In this document: positions 1-13,235 of the stretch, piece by piece
Numbering within the stretch: the first letter of the stretch is position 1
Layout of the letters: every line of letters begins with the position of its first letter
NCBI GenBank assembly: GCA_030390025.1
Contig: CM059432.1
Location: 63,428,001-63,492,000 of the forward strand
Reading direction: 5' to 3'
DNA from: Squalus acanthias
Taxonomy: Eukaryota
DNA: 64,000 nucleotides
The notes under the pieces: model-generated
Databases searched by the model: none
What the model saw: only the letters and a program-made list of their open reading frames with translations
What the model was told of the DNA's origin: nothing
Position numbers and translations under genes: made by a program

Positions 1-316
1 CTCCTATACTTAAATCCTCTTGTAATAAAGGCCAACATACCATTTGCTTTCCTAATTGCTTGCTGTACCTGCATGTTAACTTTCAGTGATTCATGTACAA
101 GGACACCCAGGTCCCTCTGAACACCAACATTTCCCAATCTCTCACCATTTAAAAAATACTCTGCTTTTCTATTTTTCCTACCAGAGTGGATAACTTCACA
201 TTTCTCCACATTATATTCCATTTGCCATGTTCTTGCCCATTCACTTAGCCTGTCTATATCCCCTTGAAGCCTTTTTGCATCCTCCTCACAACTTACATTC
301 CTACCTAGCTTTGAAT
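1..316 (-). mobile_element. CR1 LINE fragment (RT C-terminal region)
   Basis: Closely matches the CR1 copy at about 29480-29790; runs off the window start. Confidence 0.85.
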
Positions 317-717
317 CCAGCGACGCACACCACATCTGGCCCCCCCGTAGCACCGCAGTTACGAGTTACCACCGGGGACCTCAGCGCCAGGCAGATCGTG
401 ATGTCAGTGAGCATGTAACGCTCCAGAGTGCGCAATCTGCAAAATTCATTGTCGCCCCTTGCCTTAGCACCTCGCTCCGACAGGGACAGGGAGAGGAGGT
501 GTCAAGCAGGCGGATACTGGCTCCAGGGGCGCTACTGAAAGGGATCAGTCGCAGCTGTCGGGTTAATACTGTTTCACTGCTTCCTTGTCAGTTTGACATT
601 GTGCAACCATTTAAATCAGTCATTTAAAGGTTGTTTGGTATCAGGAGTGTTGTGGCTACTAACAATTTGTTACATTTACTCTCACAACATATCAAAGTGC
701 TGCACTTGGTTACATTA

Positions 718-1863
718 ATGGGGGCTGTACTGGCAGTCAACCTCGCCCTCCAGGATCTACGGCAGAGGGAGCGGAGGCAGCGAGAAAGATTGGAACATGG
801 GGCCAGAGGGAGGAGAAGGGCCATGAGGGCTCTCAACAGGAGGCCTTACCCTCCGAGCGTATTCCGAGAGCACTTCTCCTACCTCCAATTAAGCGAGGAG
901 CAGTGTATTAGAAGGCTCCGCTTCAGCAAGGAGGTGGTCACAGAACTCTGCCACCTCCTGCAACCAGACCTCGAGTCTCAGATCAGGGTGACCACGGCTC
1001 TCTCAGTGGCAGTCAAGGTCACCGTCGCCCTCAATTTCTTCGCCAGCGGATCCTTCCAGTCTGCAACACGAGATATAGGTAACATCGTGCAGTTCGCCAT
1101 CCATCGCTGCATCCGGGAGGTCACAGAGGCTCTCTACAGTAGGAGAAGAGACTACATTTCCTTCCCCATCACCAGAGAGAAGCAGGATGAACGTGCATGT
1201 GGCTTTGCCAGGATAGCGGGCTTCCCATGGTGCAGGGCTCCATTGACTGCACCCACGTGGCTTTGTGGGCACCGCATAACAATCCTGAGGTCTTCCGTAA
1301 CCGCAAAAGCTACCACTCACTTAATGTGCAGTTGGTGCGAATCCTCAATGTCAATGCCCGCTATCCTGGCAGCAGCCACGATGCCCTCATCGTGCGCCAG
1401 ACCAGTGTGTCAGCTCTGTTCCAGCCACTATGTCAAGCTCACGGCTAGCTGGTCGGAGACAAGGGCTATCCACTCTCCACCTGGCTCATGACTCCAACAC
1501 TCCTGCCCAGCACTCAGATAATGAGAGTCATACTGCCACCAAGAACATCATCAAAGCAGACCATCAGGGTGCTCAAGCAACGGTTCCACTGCCTTGACCG
1601 CTCGGGAGGAGCCCTCTAGTACTCGGCTGAGCGGGTGTCCCATTTTGTCGTGGTCTGCTGCATGCTCCACAACTTGGCCATCATGAGGGCCCAGCCCTTG
1701 CCAGCAGGGATTGTGGGACCACCTCAGAGGAGGAAGAGGGAGAGGAGGAGGAGGAGGACGAGGACGAGGAAGACAAGGAAGATGAGGAGGAGAAGGAGGA
1801 GAAGGAACAGGAGCGATGGAGGAGGCAGCCACTCAATCGGCCTTCCGAATGCGGTTCCAATAA
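718..1863 (+). pseudogene. Harbinger (HARBI1-like) DDE transposase, frameshifted
   Basis: [33 protein letters not shown] and CCMLHN motifs spread over several frames; acidic C-terminal tract. Confidence 0.9.
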
Positions 1864-2028
1864 ATCAAACCCCAAATCCCCATTGCTCACCACATCCCCA
1901 TCATTCCATCCCTGCCACAGGCCATATCACAGCGCAAAGCTGAAATGAGAGACACCACAAAATAATCTAAACTAAAATAATAAATTTATCAATAATCAGT
2001 GAACACATATTTACAACAACAATATTAC

Positions 2029-3929
2029 CTATTCACCCTTGTGCAATCCCTTAGTGCCTCTCGTTACTGTGCCTTTACCTACTCTAGTGCTCCTACGAAG
2101 TGTTGGCCCAGTGGCTGCAGCACGGCGGGTGGAAGGCTGCTGAGTGTCCATGTGGGAGACTTCAGATGGCCTTTCAGGACGCCCTCGATCAGCTCTGGGC
2201 CTAGAAGGCCCGGCTGTAGACTGCACCACCTCAGCATGGGCAGCAGCAGTCTGGGCTGGCTGGATGACAGGCAGTGACAAGGGCAATGGCGGAGTGGCAG
2301 TGGTGGGAGCAGGAATGCTGTCATCCTGAGAGAGGACAGCAGTTTCCTGCTCCACTGACCCACTGCCACTCCCCCGGGGCAGCACCTCAGCATCCCTAGC
2401 AATCAGCTGGAGCACAGATTGCTGGCCTGTTGCGACACCGTGAAAGCCCCGGTCGATGGTGGTAGACCCACCCACGATGGCAGCAGTCAGAGCTTGCATT
2501 GTATCAAGCTGAGACTGCATGAGAGCAGTCTGAGATTGGATGCCACCAAGCATAGACTACATTGCAGCACTAAGACGTTGCGTCGCTTCTGCCTGTGCTG
2601 CAATGGAAGCTGCCAGATCGCTCATCACATGTGGCATCAGGTCTGGGTCGCCACGATCTCTCTGGGAGTCGAACATCCTTTGCAGACTGGAAATGGGCTT
2701 CATGGTGTGTGCAGAGCTCCTCCACGCTCCTTACCTTTGCCGAGAGGCTCTCGGTCACCCTTGCCATTGCACCTATCATCTCTGTGTGCATGCCAATCAC
2801 CCTTCTTCGAAAGGCTTCCCCATCGAGGTCCTCATCTGAGTCCTGTGCAGCAGAACTCGTGTGCGAACTCGCCCTCCGGGAGCTGGCTCCCGAGCTACCC
2901 TTTCCCCCTGGCCTTGCTGCAGCCCGCTCATCCCCAGTGCATCACCCTGTGCAGATCCCGCTATTATATTAGCCTCTAAAGAACGCGTAATGCCAGTATT
3001 TGAGCTGGTGCCTGTGGGTGAGACATACAGTGACGCGGTGTCTTCTTCCTCCTCCTCTTCTCTTGCCTTGCTCTCAATGGTACCCTCAGGGACAGGCTGC
3101 TCAGGTGCTTGCTCATTATCTGAAAGCATAAAGGCACATGGTTCGGGTTAAGGTGAGGGGAGGGGGGCAGGAAGGGAGAAATGCATGCATACAGCATGAT
3201 TAGCTGAAAATTGCGAAAGGCTTGTAGGGTGAGGGAGTAGTGGGATGTGAGAAGAAGGAGTAGGGATGAACATACCGTTGTTGTCCCCAAGGTGGTCAAT
3301 GTCGCCAGCGGCCACGGCGCCCACCATCTGGTGCCCAATAATCTGCAGCACTTGAGTCTCCAGTGCAGACAGTGGTTGGGTGTCGGCTTGTCCCCCGCCT
3401 GTGCGCTCCTACTCCCTCCTGTTGTTAGCTACCTTGGCCTGCAAGAGAAAGGAAAGTGTGTGAGTGAGTGTGGAGCAATGTGTTTGGTTGATGTGCCTGC
3501 CATAGCTGAATAGCTGTCATTGTGTGCAAGGTGTGAGAGGTGGGTGTGAGTGTTGGTAGGTAGAGATTTTTGGTGGGTGAGTGCTGGGGGTGTGGTGCTT
3601 TGGGCAGTGCGTGCAGACTGTGGTTCAGACGGTGATATGTAGCAATTGTTGAAGCATTGACTCACCCTGACCACCCAAGTGAGGTCATTAAATTTCTTCC
3701 TGCACTGTGTGTGGGTCCTGGGGACCACAGTGCTGCCCGAGACATTCTGGGCTACCTCCCTCCACATGGTGCGGAAGACTTGCGGCGAGGGCCTCCTGCC
3801 ACTTGCTGGGTAGAGCTCCGCCCTCCGTCTTTCCACTGTGAGCACCAACGCCTCCAATGCATGGTCGCAGAATCTGCGGGCTCTCTCCCTGGGGCATGGA
3901 TCTGCCATCATTATGGCTGCTTGAGTCAT
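2029..3929 (-). pseudogene. Harbinger Myb/SANT-like partner gene, 3 exons (about 3929-3666, 3438-3276, 3119-2029), disrupted
   Basis: Exon 1 RF...LEALV...WREVA...RTHTQCRKKFNDL; exon 2 KVANNRRE*ERTGGG; GT-AG sites in phases 0 and 1; C-terminal RGRP. Confidence 0.85.
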
Positions 3930-4267
3930 CCGGCTCCTTCTCCTTGACCTGCTGCTGCTGGCTGAGATGGCTGCACAGCCAGCAATAACGAGAATGAGGT
4001 TCTGCAGCATCAATGAACCTTCCCTTTAAGAACTGGAAACAGCCTGTGGCAATGATGACTTGTGATTAGACTGCACCTGATATTGGTCAGTACTTTGAGT
4101 TTAACGCCACTGAGCTACGCCGTTAGCGCTTGATTTAGCGCTCCAATCCTTTCTTTTTGCAATGAGACTGGATTTTGCATGCAGTCTGAAACATTAGTGC
4201 CTGGCGCTAATTCTCAAACTTTTCAAAAGTTACCGCCCATTCCTGGGTTATAATGAATTTCTCCCCC

Positions 4268-7060
4268 TATGATTCTAACTGTTATGCTTACAAGACAATG
4301 CACAACTACAGAGAGAGGACCAGGACAGGGAGGGGACTGGCCACACTTGAGAAGTTCACACAATAAGAGGAGATGGCTCTGGCCCTTTTTGTCTGGGTAG
4401 CTGTGATAGATGATATGTTTGGAGGCTTGCGCAACCACCCAGTAAATATCCACATTTATTATGATTGAACCACACTCACTTTCTTATTATTCCCTGCTGT
4501 GATTGCCACCAGCCACACAAAGTATCATCTGAACTCACCTCTCTTTGAAGGCATTGTAGTGGGCAATGCATTGCAAATCTTCCTTTTTTTCTTGCTATAT
4601 GTTCTTCCAAAGGTAAGGTGCAGCAAGTGGCTTCATGGACCCTGGCATTTTGCAGCATGTTGTGTCAAGCTCTCCCCCGCCTTCTGGCACCAGCAGAGCT
4701 ATTAATATCACTGAGAATTTGGGCAATGAGTTTAACGGAGAGGTACTGGGTGAATCTCAAGTCACAAGTGAGGAGAAAAAAGTGGAGAGTGTAGAGTTCG
4801 CAATTATCGCGATTCAAAATAACATGAGAGAAGCAGATTCAATTGATCAGTTTTATTAAACGAAATGCTGTCCTGATAATAAAGGACACAGAAGCCTACA
4901 AAATGGCCACCGCGCATCATGGCAGAAGCTTCCAGAAACACAGTGGGCAGACAAGATGGCGTCGAATATACATTCAATATGAGATTGGATCATACTCGGT
5001 AAACATTGATAAAGACAGGATGCAACCCGTTTGCATTGTGAACAATAGCAATGATATAAGTGCTGGAATTGTTTTCCTATGCACAGTAAGGATCATTGAA
5101 CTGGGCCATCGAGGCCCATCCAGACACATCAATACACAAATACCCCCCCGGCTCAACAATGAGAGAGACATTGGCAGGTGATTAAGCCAGTATTCGGGGG
5201 GCCCCAAAACCAGTCGAGGAGACGATTCATACACATCCTGGCTGGCTCTACAATGGGGAAAACATTAACGGATAGTTGGCCAGTTTCAGGTGCTACCGAA
5301 ACCCGTTAAGAAGATAATCGTCCCATTCTGGGAGATTTAAGCGCCAAAATCACACAAAGGATAAACATTTAGATTTGAGCGGGAGATAAAGCGGACACAA
5401 CAGTATAACTATAGAGGACAAATGTCCATCGCTCTCTTATTCTCTGGACTCGAACGCTTAGCTCTTGTATTGCTCTCCTGGACTGTCAGCCTTTTGATTT
5501 TCTCTCTGGACTCTGTTGACTCTTGACTCTTAGCCGTACTGGTCGGTTATTCGAGTGTTAGGTGGAGCTCAATCGGAACGAGCCGCCTCGACAAGGGCAA
5601 GTAACAGGGCACACCATCCCGAGTGTCGGTAAACGGTGTCTGGACCCGGAGGCCCGAGAAGACGAGAAGAGAAGAAGACGAGAAGAAATTCCACGTGCCG
5701 CCACGGTCAGTAAACCCCGACCGCGCCCGAAAATATAACTAAAAGAACTTTCCTTTGAGTTCTACCGACTTCTACATGTGCCGCAACACAGGAAGACCCT
5801 TCTTTGAATTTTAAGACGGTTTGAGTCCATCGACTGCTTCATGACAACAGGGAGTCTGGCCTGCTTGTCGCAGCAGCGAAAGTAAACAAGTGGGGTGCAG
5901 AAACCCTTCCAAACACGTGACAGTCAGGCGCTGCAGCGAAACGAGTTGAGTGCCTCACTTTAAAATCTCCGAAGTAAAACGAGTGGTGAGCATGATTTCC
6001 GATCCTACAAATCCAGACGTAGTTTAGGTATTGTTAAGGGAGGGTGGTTTTTAATAAGGTTAAGGTATAATGTGTTCCCCTTTTTACGATGTGCCGTGTG
6101 TTCTCCATTTCCATAGACCAAGCTTTATGAACGTGTGTATACTTGTACTCTTTTTGATTTGCGCCTATGACATGTATTTCATGATATTAGATGCCATGCA
6201 ATAAAGATTTTCATTTCGTGCTATTCAACCGGGTCTATTTGAGTTTTTCTCTGCATTACTGCTCCTTGCATCTAAGTCCAGGTGTCAGAACCGTAAGGGC
6301 GAGTGGGTCGAACCACTCACAGGTGCTTATTGCAAAAAGGCTGGCCGGAGACCAGAGCAAGCAATAGTATAGGCAACGAAGGCCTAACCTCGCACCAGTA
6401 CCGTTTGAAACCCCTTACAAGAGGAAGAAGGAAGATCTGGCCAAGCCGTGAGTGCAAACCATCTATCAACTTATGGGTAAGGGATTGGTATCCTACTGAG
6501 CCTGTCTTCAGAGTTGAGATAATATAGGAACTAAAGATGCATTCTACATTCTTTAAGTCCGCCATTAGCAGTCTGCAGTAGCTGGTGGATAATATGGAGC
6601 AGGGCACCTTTGACATCACTGCAGTCCTGCAGGAGGAACTTACTGCACTGGAGATCATCATGGAGAGAGTGGCAACTTCACAGTCATCTGCAGGGGAGCG
6701 CCAAAGCACAATTGAAATGTACAGAACGGCGTTATCTCTGCTGCCCCCGGAAAACCCCTTCTATTATTTAATGCTTTGAAGTGTTTTTGGGGTGATCGTC
6801 ATTCATATATTTGACAGGTCTATCTGTCAAGTGTATGAAGGGAGATTCCCTTCTTTGATTGGCTCCCCATGGCCCACGTGATCCCAGGGACGCTTGCGAA
6901 CCGCATGCGCCTCTGGGATACGTAGGCCCTGTGCACTTGGAGTTCGAGAGGCCCAGCATCGGAACTATACGCACCTCGGGAGCCCTCAGGTAAGTGCGTA
7001 GATTTTTTCCAGATCGGAGGCTTCCGCATGCGGGAAGCCTCCGATCGGAAAATACGGCCC
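4268..7060 (+). mobile_element. Older Harbinger relic (Myb-gene exon 2/3 remnants and right TIR), interrupted by an LTR-like insert
   Basis: About 4290-4390 translates KTMHNYRERTRTGRGLATLEKFTQ*EEMALAL (compare KRAHNKRERARTGGG); coiled-coil-like ORF 6585-6779; ends GGAAAATACGGCCC at 7060. Confidence 0.55.
4700..6321 (+). mobile_element. Probable solo LTR (about 1.6 kb)
   Basis: CpG-rich block distinct from its flanks; TATA-like TATAACTATA at about 5404; AATAAA at about 6200; ends ...CTCACA. The left boundary and TSD (AGAGC/GGTGC) are poor. Confidence 0.45.
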
Positions 7061-7089
7061 ATTGTTGAACTTGTACTTAATAGACATTT

Positions 7090-7195
7090 ACAGAAATAAA
7101 AACAGAAAATTCTGGAAATACACAGCAGGCAGATCAGCATCTGTAAAGAGAAAAGACAGGCTAATGCTTTCAGGTCTCGACCCTTTGTCAGAAGT
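7090..7195 (-). repeat. Penelope-like terminal repeat fragment with degenerate hammerhead core
   Basis: Same repeat recurs at 28668-28824 and about 49505-49600; minus strand reads CTGACAA-AGGGTC-GA-GACCT-GAAA. Confidence 0.5.
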
Positions 7196-8215
7196 GGGAT
7201 TTCATAAGTATTGGGACTTATATAAAAAAAAAGTAAAGCTCCAAGAGCAAAGATTTTACAAGTGCGTTCTTTGGATCATTCAGCTAGTTAACATATTATT
7301 TTTTGCTGTCATTAATTTCAGTTTTATTAACTAACAAATCAAACAGGCTAAATATCGGTTTCACTTAGGTTTTGAGGTTATTTAATTATAAAACTTCAAA
7401 ATTAGTGTTTTGAATATTGCATTTTTTCTTTCTTAAACGTGGCTACTGTGACCATTTCCTGTTTTTTTTACTGGGTGTTCTGGATAATTCATTGAACTTT
7501 GGATGATGATAACATTGTGCCAACCCTGTGGAAAACCATGGGTATTTTTGGAACTTTATGTACTTTTTTCAAAGTAAACGACAAGTGCTTGTGATTGAAA
7601 AAACCTGTGTTGCAAATTTAGTGGTTAGTTGTTATTTTTTATTAACCAACATTATTTTTGTAGCACCTGCTGCTAGGGTATAGTCTAGGGCCCTTTATCT
7701 TGTCTGTAAATAATCGAGAGTGAAAAACAAGTGGTAGGAAGCAGCATACAGTTATATTTTTTTCAAATGTAAATGAAAACAGCCACGATCAAATTTCTAG
7801 GCCAGTGCCTCTCCCCGCACTCTCATGTACCCATGCATCCCCTAAAGGCTGAGATCACAAAACTTGTGTAGCCATAGGTGATAGATCCTGGAGAAAATTA
7901 GCCCCAACAGCTCCCTGAGGCACTGAAGACGTACATGTTTAATTTTCTCTTCGGCCCTCTCTGAGCCTTCTCTCCTCCACCAGAGTGGCATGGTGCAGCT
8001 TCAACCTTCCTGCTGGAGGATCAGGGTAGGCACTGCTGATGTTTCCTCACTAATGCCATTTGCCTGCTGTACATATGCAAATGACCCTGTCCCTATAATT
8101 TGGGATCGGGTCTGAACCTCTCCACTCAGGCACACTCAGGCTCCATCACTCTTCCTCCGGCAGAGAAGCCCTACCAGAATTTCAGGGCCACAGCTCCTTT
8201 CCTTCTTGTATTAAA

Positions 8216-8915
8216 TAAGAACATAACAATTTGGAGCAGGAGTAGGCCATACGGCCCCTTGAGCCTGCTCCGCCATTCAATAAAATCACGGCTGATCTTC
8301 GACCTCAACTCCACTTTCCCGCCCAATCTCCATATCCCTTGATTGCTTTAGAGTCCAAAAATCTATCGATCTCAGCCTTGAATATAATCAACGACAGAAT
8401 GTTCACAGCCCTCTGGGGTAGAGAATTCCAAAGATTCACAACCTCTGAGTGAAGAACCTTCTCCTCATCTCAGTCGTAAATGGCCGACCCCTTATCCTTA
8501 GACTATGCTCCCTAGTTCTTGACTCTCAGCCAGGGGAAACAGCCTCTCAGCATCTACCCTGTCAAGCCCTCTCAGAATCTTATATGTTTCAATGAGATCA
8601 CCTCTCATTCTTCTAAACTCCAGAGAATATAGGCCCAATCTACTCAATCTCTCCTCATAGGACAACCCTCTCATCCCAGGAATCAATCTAGTGAGCCGTT
8701 GTTGCTCCGCCTCTAAGGCAAGTCTATCCTTCCTTAGGTGTGGAGTCCAAAACTGTTCACAGTACTCCAGGTGTGGTCTCACCAAAGCCCTGTACAATTG
8801 TAGCAAGATTTAGTTAGTTTTGTACTCCAACCCCCTTGCAATAAAGGCTAACATACCATGTGCCTTCCTAATTGCTTGCTTTACCTGAATGTTAACTTTC
8901 TGTGTTTTGTGTACA
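8216..8915 (-). mobile_element. CR1 LINE 3' fragment
   Basis: ORF 8498-8806 (LYRALVRPHLEYC...) plus CR1 3'UTR and tail. Confidence 0.9.
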
Positions 8916-9062
8916 AGATTTTTTTTACCAAATGCAGAAGTTAGCTAGTCGATCCTGTCTTCCGCAGAAGATTTCAACCCATTCAACTCATCTCTTTGTT
9001 CACTTTTTTTAATATTCTTCGAACGATTGCTGAGGTTTGTTAGATTACTATAACTGGAAGCA

Positions 9063-12000
9063 GTAGAATCATAGAGTCATAGAAATTTACTGCACAGAAG
9101 GAGCCATTCGGCCCATCTTGTCCGTACCGGCCGACAAAGAGCTATCCACCCTAATCCCACTTTCCAGCACTTGGTCCGTAGGTTATGGCACTTCAAGTGC
9201 ATATCCAAGTACTTTTTAAATGTGGTGAGGGTTTCTGCCTCTACCACCCTTTCAGGCAGTGAGTTCCAGACCCCCACCACCCTCTGGCTGAAAAAAATTC
9301 TCCTCAAATCCCCTCTAAACTTCCGAGCAATTACTTTAAATCTATGCCCCCTGATTATTGACCCTTCTGCTAAGGGAAATAGTTCTTCCTATCCACTCTA
9401 TCTAGGCCCCTCATAATTTTATACACCTCAATTCGGTCTCCACTCAGCCTCCTCTGTTCCAAAGAAATCAACCCCAGCCTATCCAATCTTTCCTCATAGC
9501 TAAAATTCTCCAGTCCAGGGAGCATCCTCGTAAATCTCCTCTGTACCCTCTCTAGCACAATCACACCTTTCCTGTAATGTGGTGACCAGAACTGCACACA
9601 GTACTTTAGCTGAGGCCTAACTAGTGTTTTATACAGTTCAAGCATAACCTCCCTGCTCTTATATTCTATGCCTCGGCTAATAAAGGAAAGTGTCCCGTAT
9701 GCCTTCTTAACTACCTTATCTACCTGGCCTGCTACCTTCAGGGATCTGTGGACATGCACTCCAAGGTCCCTCTGTTCCTCTGCACTTATCAGTGTCCTAC
9801 CATTTATTGTGTATTCCCTTGCCTTGTTAGCTCTCTCCAAATGCATTACCTCGCACTTGTCCAGATTGAATTCCATTTGCCACTGTTCTGCCCACCTGAC
9901 CAGTCCATTGATATCTTCCTGCAGTCTGCAGCTTTCTTCTTCATTATCCACCGCATGGGCAATTTTTGTATCATCTGCAAACTTCTTAATCATACCCACT
10001 ACATTCAAGTCTAAATCATTGATATATATCACAAAAAGCAAGGGACCTAGTACTGAGCCCTGCGGAACCCCACTGGAAATAGCCTTCCAGTCACTAAAAC
10101 ACCCTTCGACCATTACCCTTTGCTTCCTACTTCTGAGCCAATTTTGGATCCAACTTGCCACTTTGCCCTGGATCCCATGGGCTTTCACTTTCATGACCAG
10201 TCTGCCATGTGAGACCTTATCAAAAGCCTTGCTAAAATCCATATACACTACATCAAACCCTCATCGACCCTCCTTGTTACCTCCTCAAAAAATTCAATCA
10301 AGTTAGTCAGACATGACCTCCCCTTAACAAATCCAAGCTGACTGTCCTTGATTAATCCGTGTCTTTCTAAATGAAGATTTATCCTGTCCCTCAGAATTTT
10401 TTCCAATAATTTTCCCACCACCGAGGTTAGGCTGACTGGCCTGTAATTACTCAGTCTATCCCTTTCTCCCTTTTTAAACAATGGTACCACATTAGCAGTC
10501 CTCCAGTCCTTTGGCACCACACCTGTAGCCAGAGAGGATTGGAAAATGATGATCAGAGCATCTGCTATTTCCTCTCTTACTTCTCTTAACAGTCTGGGAT
10601 ATATTTCATCCAGACCTGGGGATTTATCCACTTTCAAAGATGCTAAACCCCTTAATACTTCCTCTCTCACTATATTTATTTCATCTAATATTTTGCACTC
10701 CTCCTCCCTGATTGCAATGTTTGTATCGTCTCTCTCTTTTGTGAACACAGTCGCAAAGTATTCGTTTAGAACCATACCCACGTCTTCTGCCTCCACACAT
10801 AGATTATCTTCATGGTCTCTACTAGGCCCTACTCTTTCTTTAGTTATCCTCTTGCTCTTAATGTATTTATAAAACATCTTTGGGTTTTCCTTGATTTTAC
10901 CTGCCAATATTTTTTCATGCTCTCTTTTTGCTTTCCTAATTTCCTTGTTAATTTCACCCCTGCACTTTCTATACTCCTCTCGGGTTTCTATGTTACTGAG
11001 CACTTGGTAACTGTCATAAACCTCCCTTTTTTTCTTTATCCTACCCTGTATGCCCCTTGACATCCAGGGGGCTCTGGATTTGTTAGTTCCACCCTTTTTC
11101 TTTAAGGGAAAATACTTGTGCTGAGCCGTTACTATCTCCTCCTTGAATGTCTCCCACTGCTCTGACACTGATTTACCTTCAAGTAGCTGCTTCCAGTCCA
11201 CTTTGGCTAAATCACATCTCAGCCTATTAAAATTGACTTTTCCCCAATTGAGAACTTTTATTCCTGGTCCATCTTTGTCCTTTTCCATAACTACCCATAA
11301 TCTAACTGAATTATGATCACTACCCCCAAAATGCTCTCCCACTGATACCCCTTCCACCTGCCCAGCTTTATTCCCTAAAATTAAGTCCAGAACTGCCCCC
11401 TCCCTTGTTGGGCTTGCCACGTACTAGCCCAAAAGTTCTCCTGAATGCATTTGAGGAATTCTGCACCCTCTAGACCATTCACACTAATTTTATCCCAGTT
11501 AATATTAGGGAAGTTGAAATCCCCTACTATTACTGCCCTATAGTTTTTGCACTTCTCAGAAATTTGCCAGCATATTTGGTCTTCTATCTCCCTCTGACTG
11601 TTTGGGGATCTATAGTATACTCCCAGCAGTATGATTGCCCCTTTTTTATTCTTCAGTCCAATCCATATGGCCTCATTGGATGATCCTTCTAACATATCAT
11701 CCCTCCTCACAGCTGTAATTGTTTCTTTAATCAATACTGCGACCCCCCCTCCTTTTTTATCCCCCTCTCTATCTCGTCTGAAAACCCTGTAACCAGGGGG
11801 GCGATTTTGCCAATGGGGGCGCGTTGGAGGCGGGACTGCTGCTTGTCAGGTTTTAGTCCCACTTCCATTGACTTCTGGCCAATCCATGCTATTTTCCCTT
11901 GATTGACCTTGTTAAGCCTGCCCTGTGGACTTAGCAAGCCAATTAAGGGGAAGCCGGTTACAGAGAACGTCAGCGTATGACGTTTCATCTGTCAAAAATT

Positions 12001-13235
12001 TTTGACAGATGAATTGTCATCGTTTGACAGCTCTGTGAAGCTGTCAAACACTGACATTCTATGTTGTTTGATGAGTCCTTGTATTCAAGACTCATCAAAC
12101 CTCTTGTTCGCAGAAATTAGATGGTTGTTGCATTGGAGAATGCAGCAGCCATCTGTCATCTCTGCCGGTGAAATGCGAGACTCTCCGCATCCCCAACTGT
12201 TGAAGCCTGCAGGAAGAAACAAAGGTAAGTAAACATTTTCTATTACTTTACTCTCACCTCACACACTTACCTCTCCACACTTGCACCCATCACTTACCTT
12301 CACAGCGCACTTTTGGACCCCTCCGACCCTCCGCAGATCCACTGCTCGCCTCGCTGACCCTGGCAGGGTTTCCCGACGTCGGGAAGCTCGCGCCTCTGTT
12401 GGAAAAATGGGGATAATCCTCTTAACTGCCTGGTAACTACCTGTTAACAGGCAGTTAAGTGGCTGTAATCCCCTTCCTGACTCCAGGAGACGGAACCCGG
12501 CGCGGGTCGGCTACCCGCCTCCTGGGAAGATGGCACGGAGGAGGGTTGGGGGTGGGATGGGCACCTGCCCCCAGATTCTGCCATTTTCCCGACAGTCCCG
12601 CCTCCAAATCCGCCTCCCCAGGGCTGGCAAGATCGCGCCCCACGACTGCTTCGATCTCATGTGTCTGTTCCTGCCCTTCTTTCAGCCATGTCTCAGTAAT
12701 AGCTATAATATCGTACTTCCACATGTCTATCTGTGTCCTCAGCTCATCTGCCTTATTCCCTATACTCCTTGCATTGTAGTATATACCATTTAGCACTGCC
12801 AAGCTCCCTTGGTGTCTATTTTCCAGCCTTTGTTTCCTCTGCCTTCCAGACTCGCTTACAAATTTTCTGCCCTCCAATTCCAGCTTTGCTTCTCTCCCTT
12901 CTGAAACTACTCTCAGGTTCCCATCCCCACTGCCAAGCTAATTTAAACCCTCCCTAACAGCACTAGCACCCCACCCCTCCCCCACCGCGAGGATATTTGT
13001 CCCAGCCCTGTTGAGGTGCAACCCGTCCGGCTTGTACAGGTCTCACCTCCCCCGGAAATGGTCCGAATGCCTCAGGAATCTAAAACCTTCCCTCCTGCAC
13101 CATCTCTCCAGCCACGCATTCATCTGCTCTATCCTCCTATTTCTATACTCACTAGCACGTGGCACCGGGAGTAATCCGGAGATTACTACCTTTGAGGTCC
13201 TGCTTTTTAATCTCTTTCCTAGCTCCCTAAAAGGT
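9063..13235 (-). mobile_element. CR1 LINE: ORF1 esterase remnant, APE endonuclease and RT; interrupted by a MITE
   Basis: ORF1 DLYKPDGLHLNRAG (SGNH DxxH, about 12990-13045); endonuclease NARSI, ITETW, GDFN, SDHN; RT GVPQGSVLGP, FADD; TCTATGAT-like repeat tail. Confidence 0.92.
11797..12640. mobile_element. Non-autonomous Harbinger-type MITE inside CR1
   Basis: TIRs GGGGGCGATTTTGCC / GGCAAGATCGCGCCC; flanks CAG/CAC; subterminal CCGCCTCCAAA shared with elements A and B. Confidence 0.75.

Larger units (their letters stand above)
317..4267. mobile_element. PIF/Harbinger DNA transposon (element 1); left end missing
   Basis: Convergent transposase (+) and Myb/SANT gene (-); right terminus GAATTTCTCCCCC (rc GGGGGAGAAATTC) resembles the other Harbinger-type TIRs in the window. 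Confidence 0.85.

Noticed and set aside
1635..1943. Protamine-like Arg-rich ORF
   Set aside because: Alternative frame of the (GAG)n acidic tail of the transposase.
9668..10872. Long plus-strand ORFs
   Set aside because: Antisense to CR1 ORF2 with no independent motifs.
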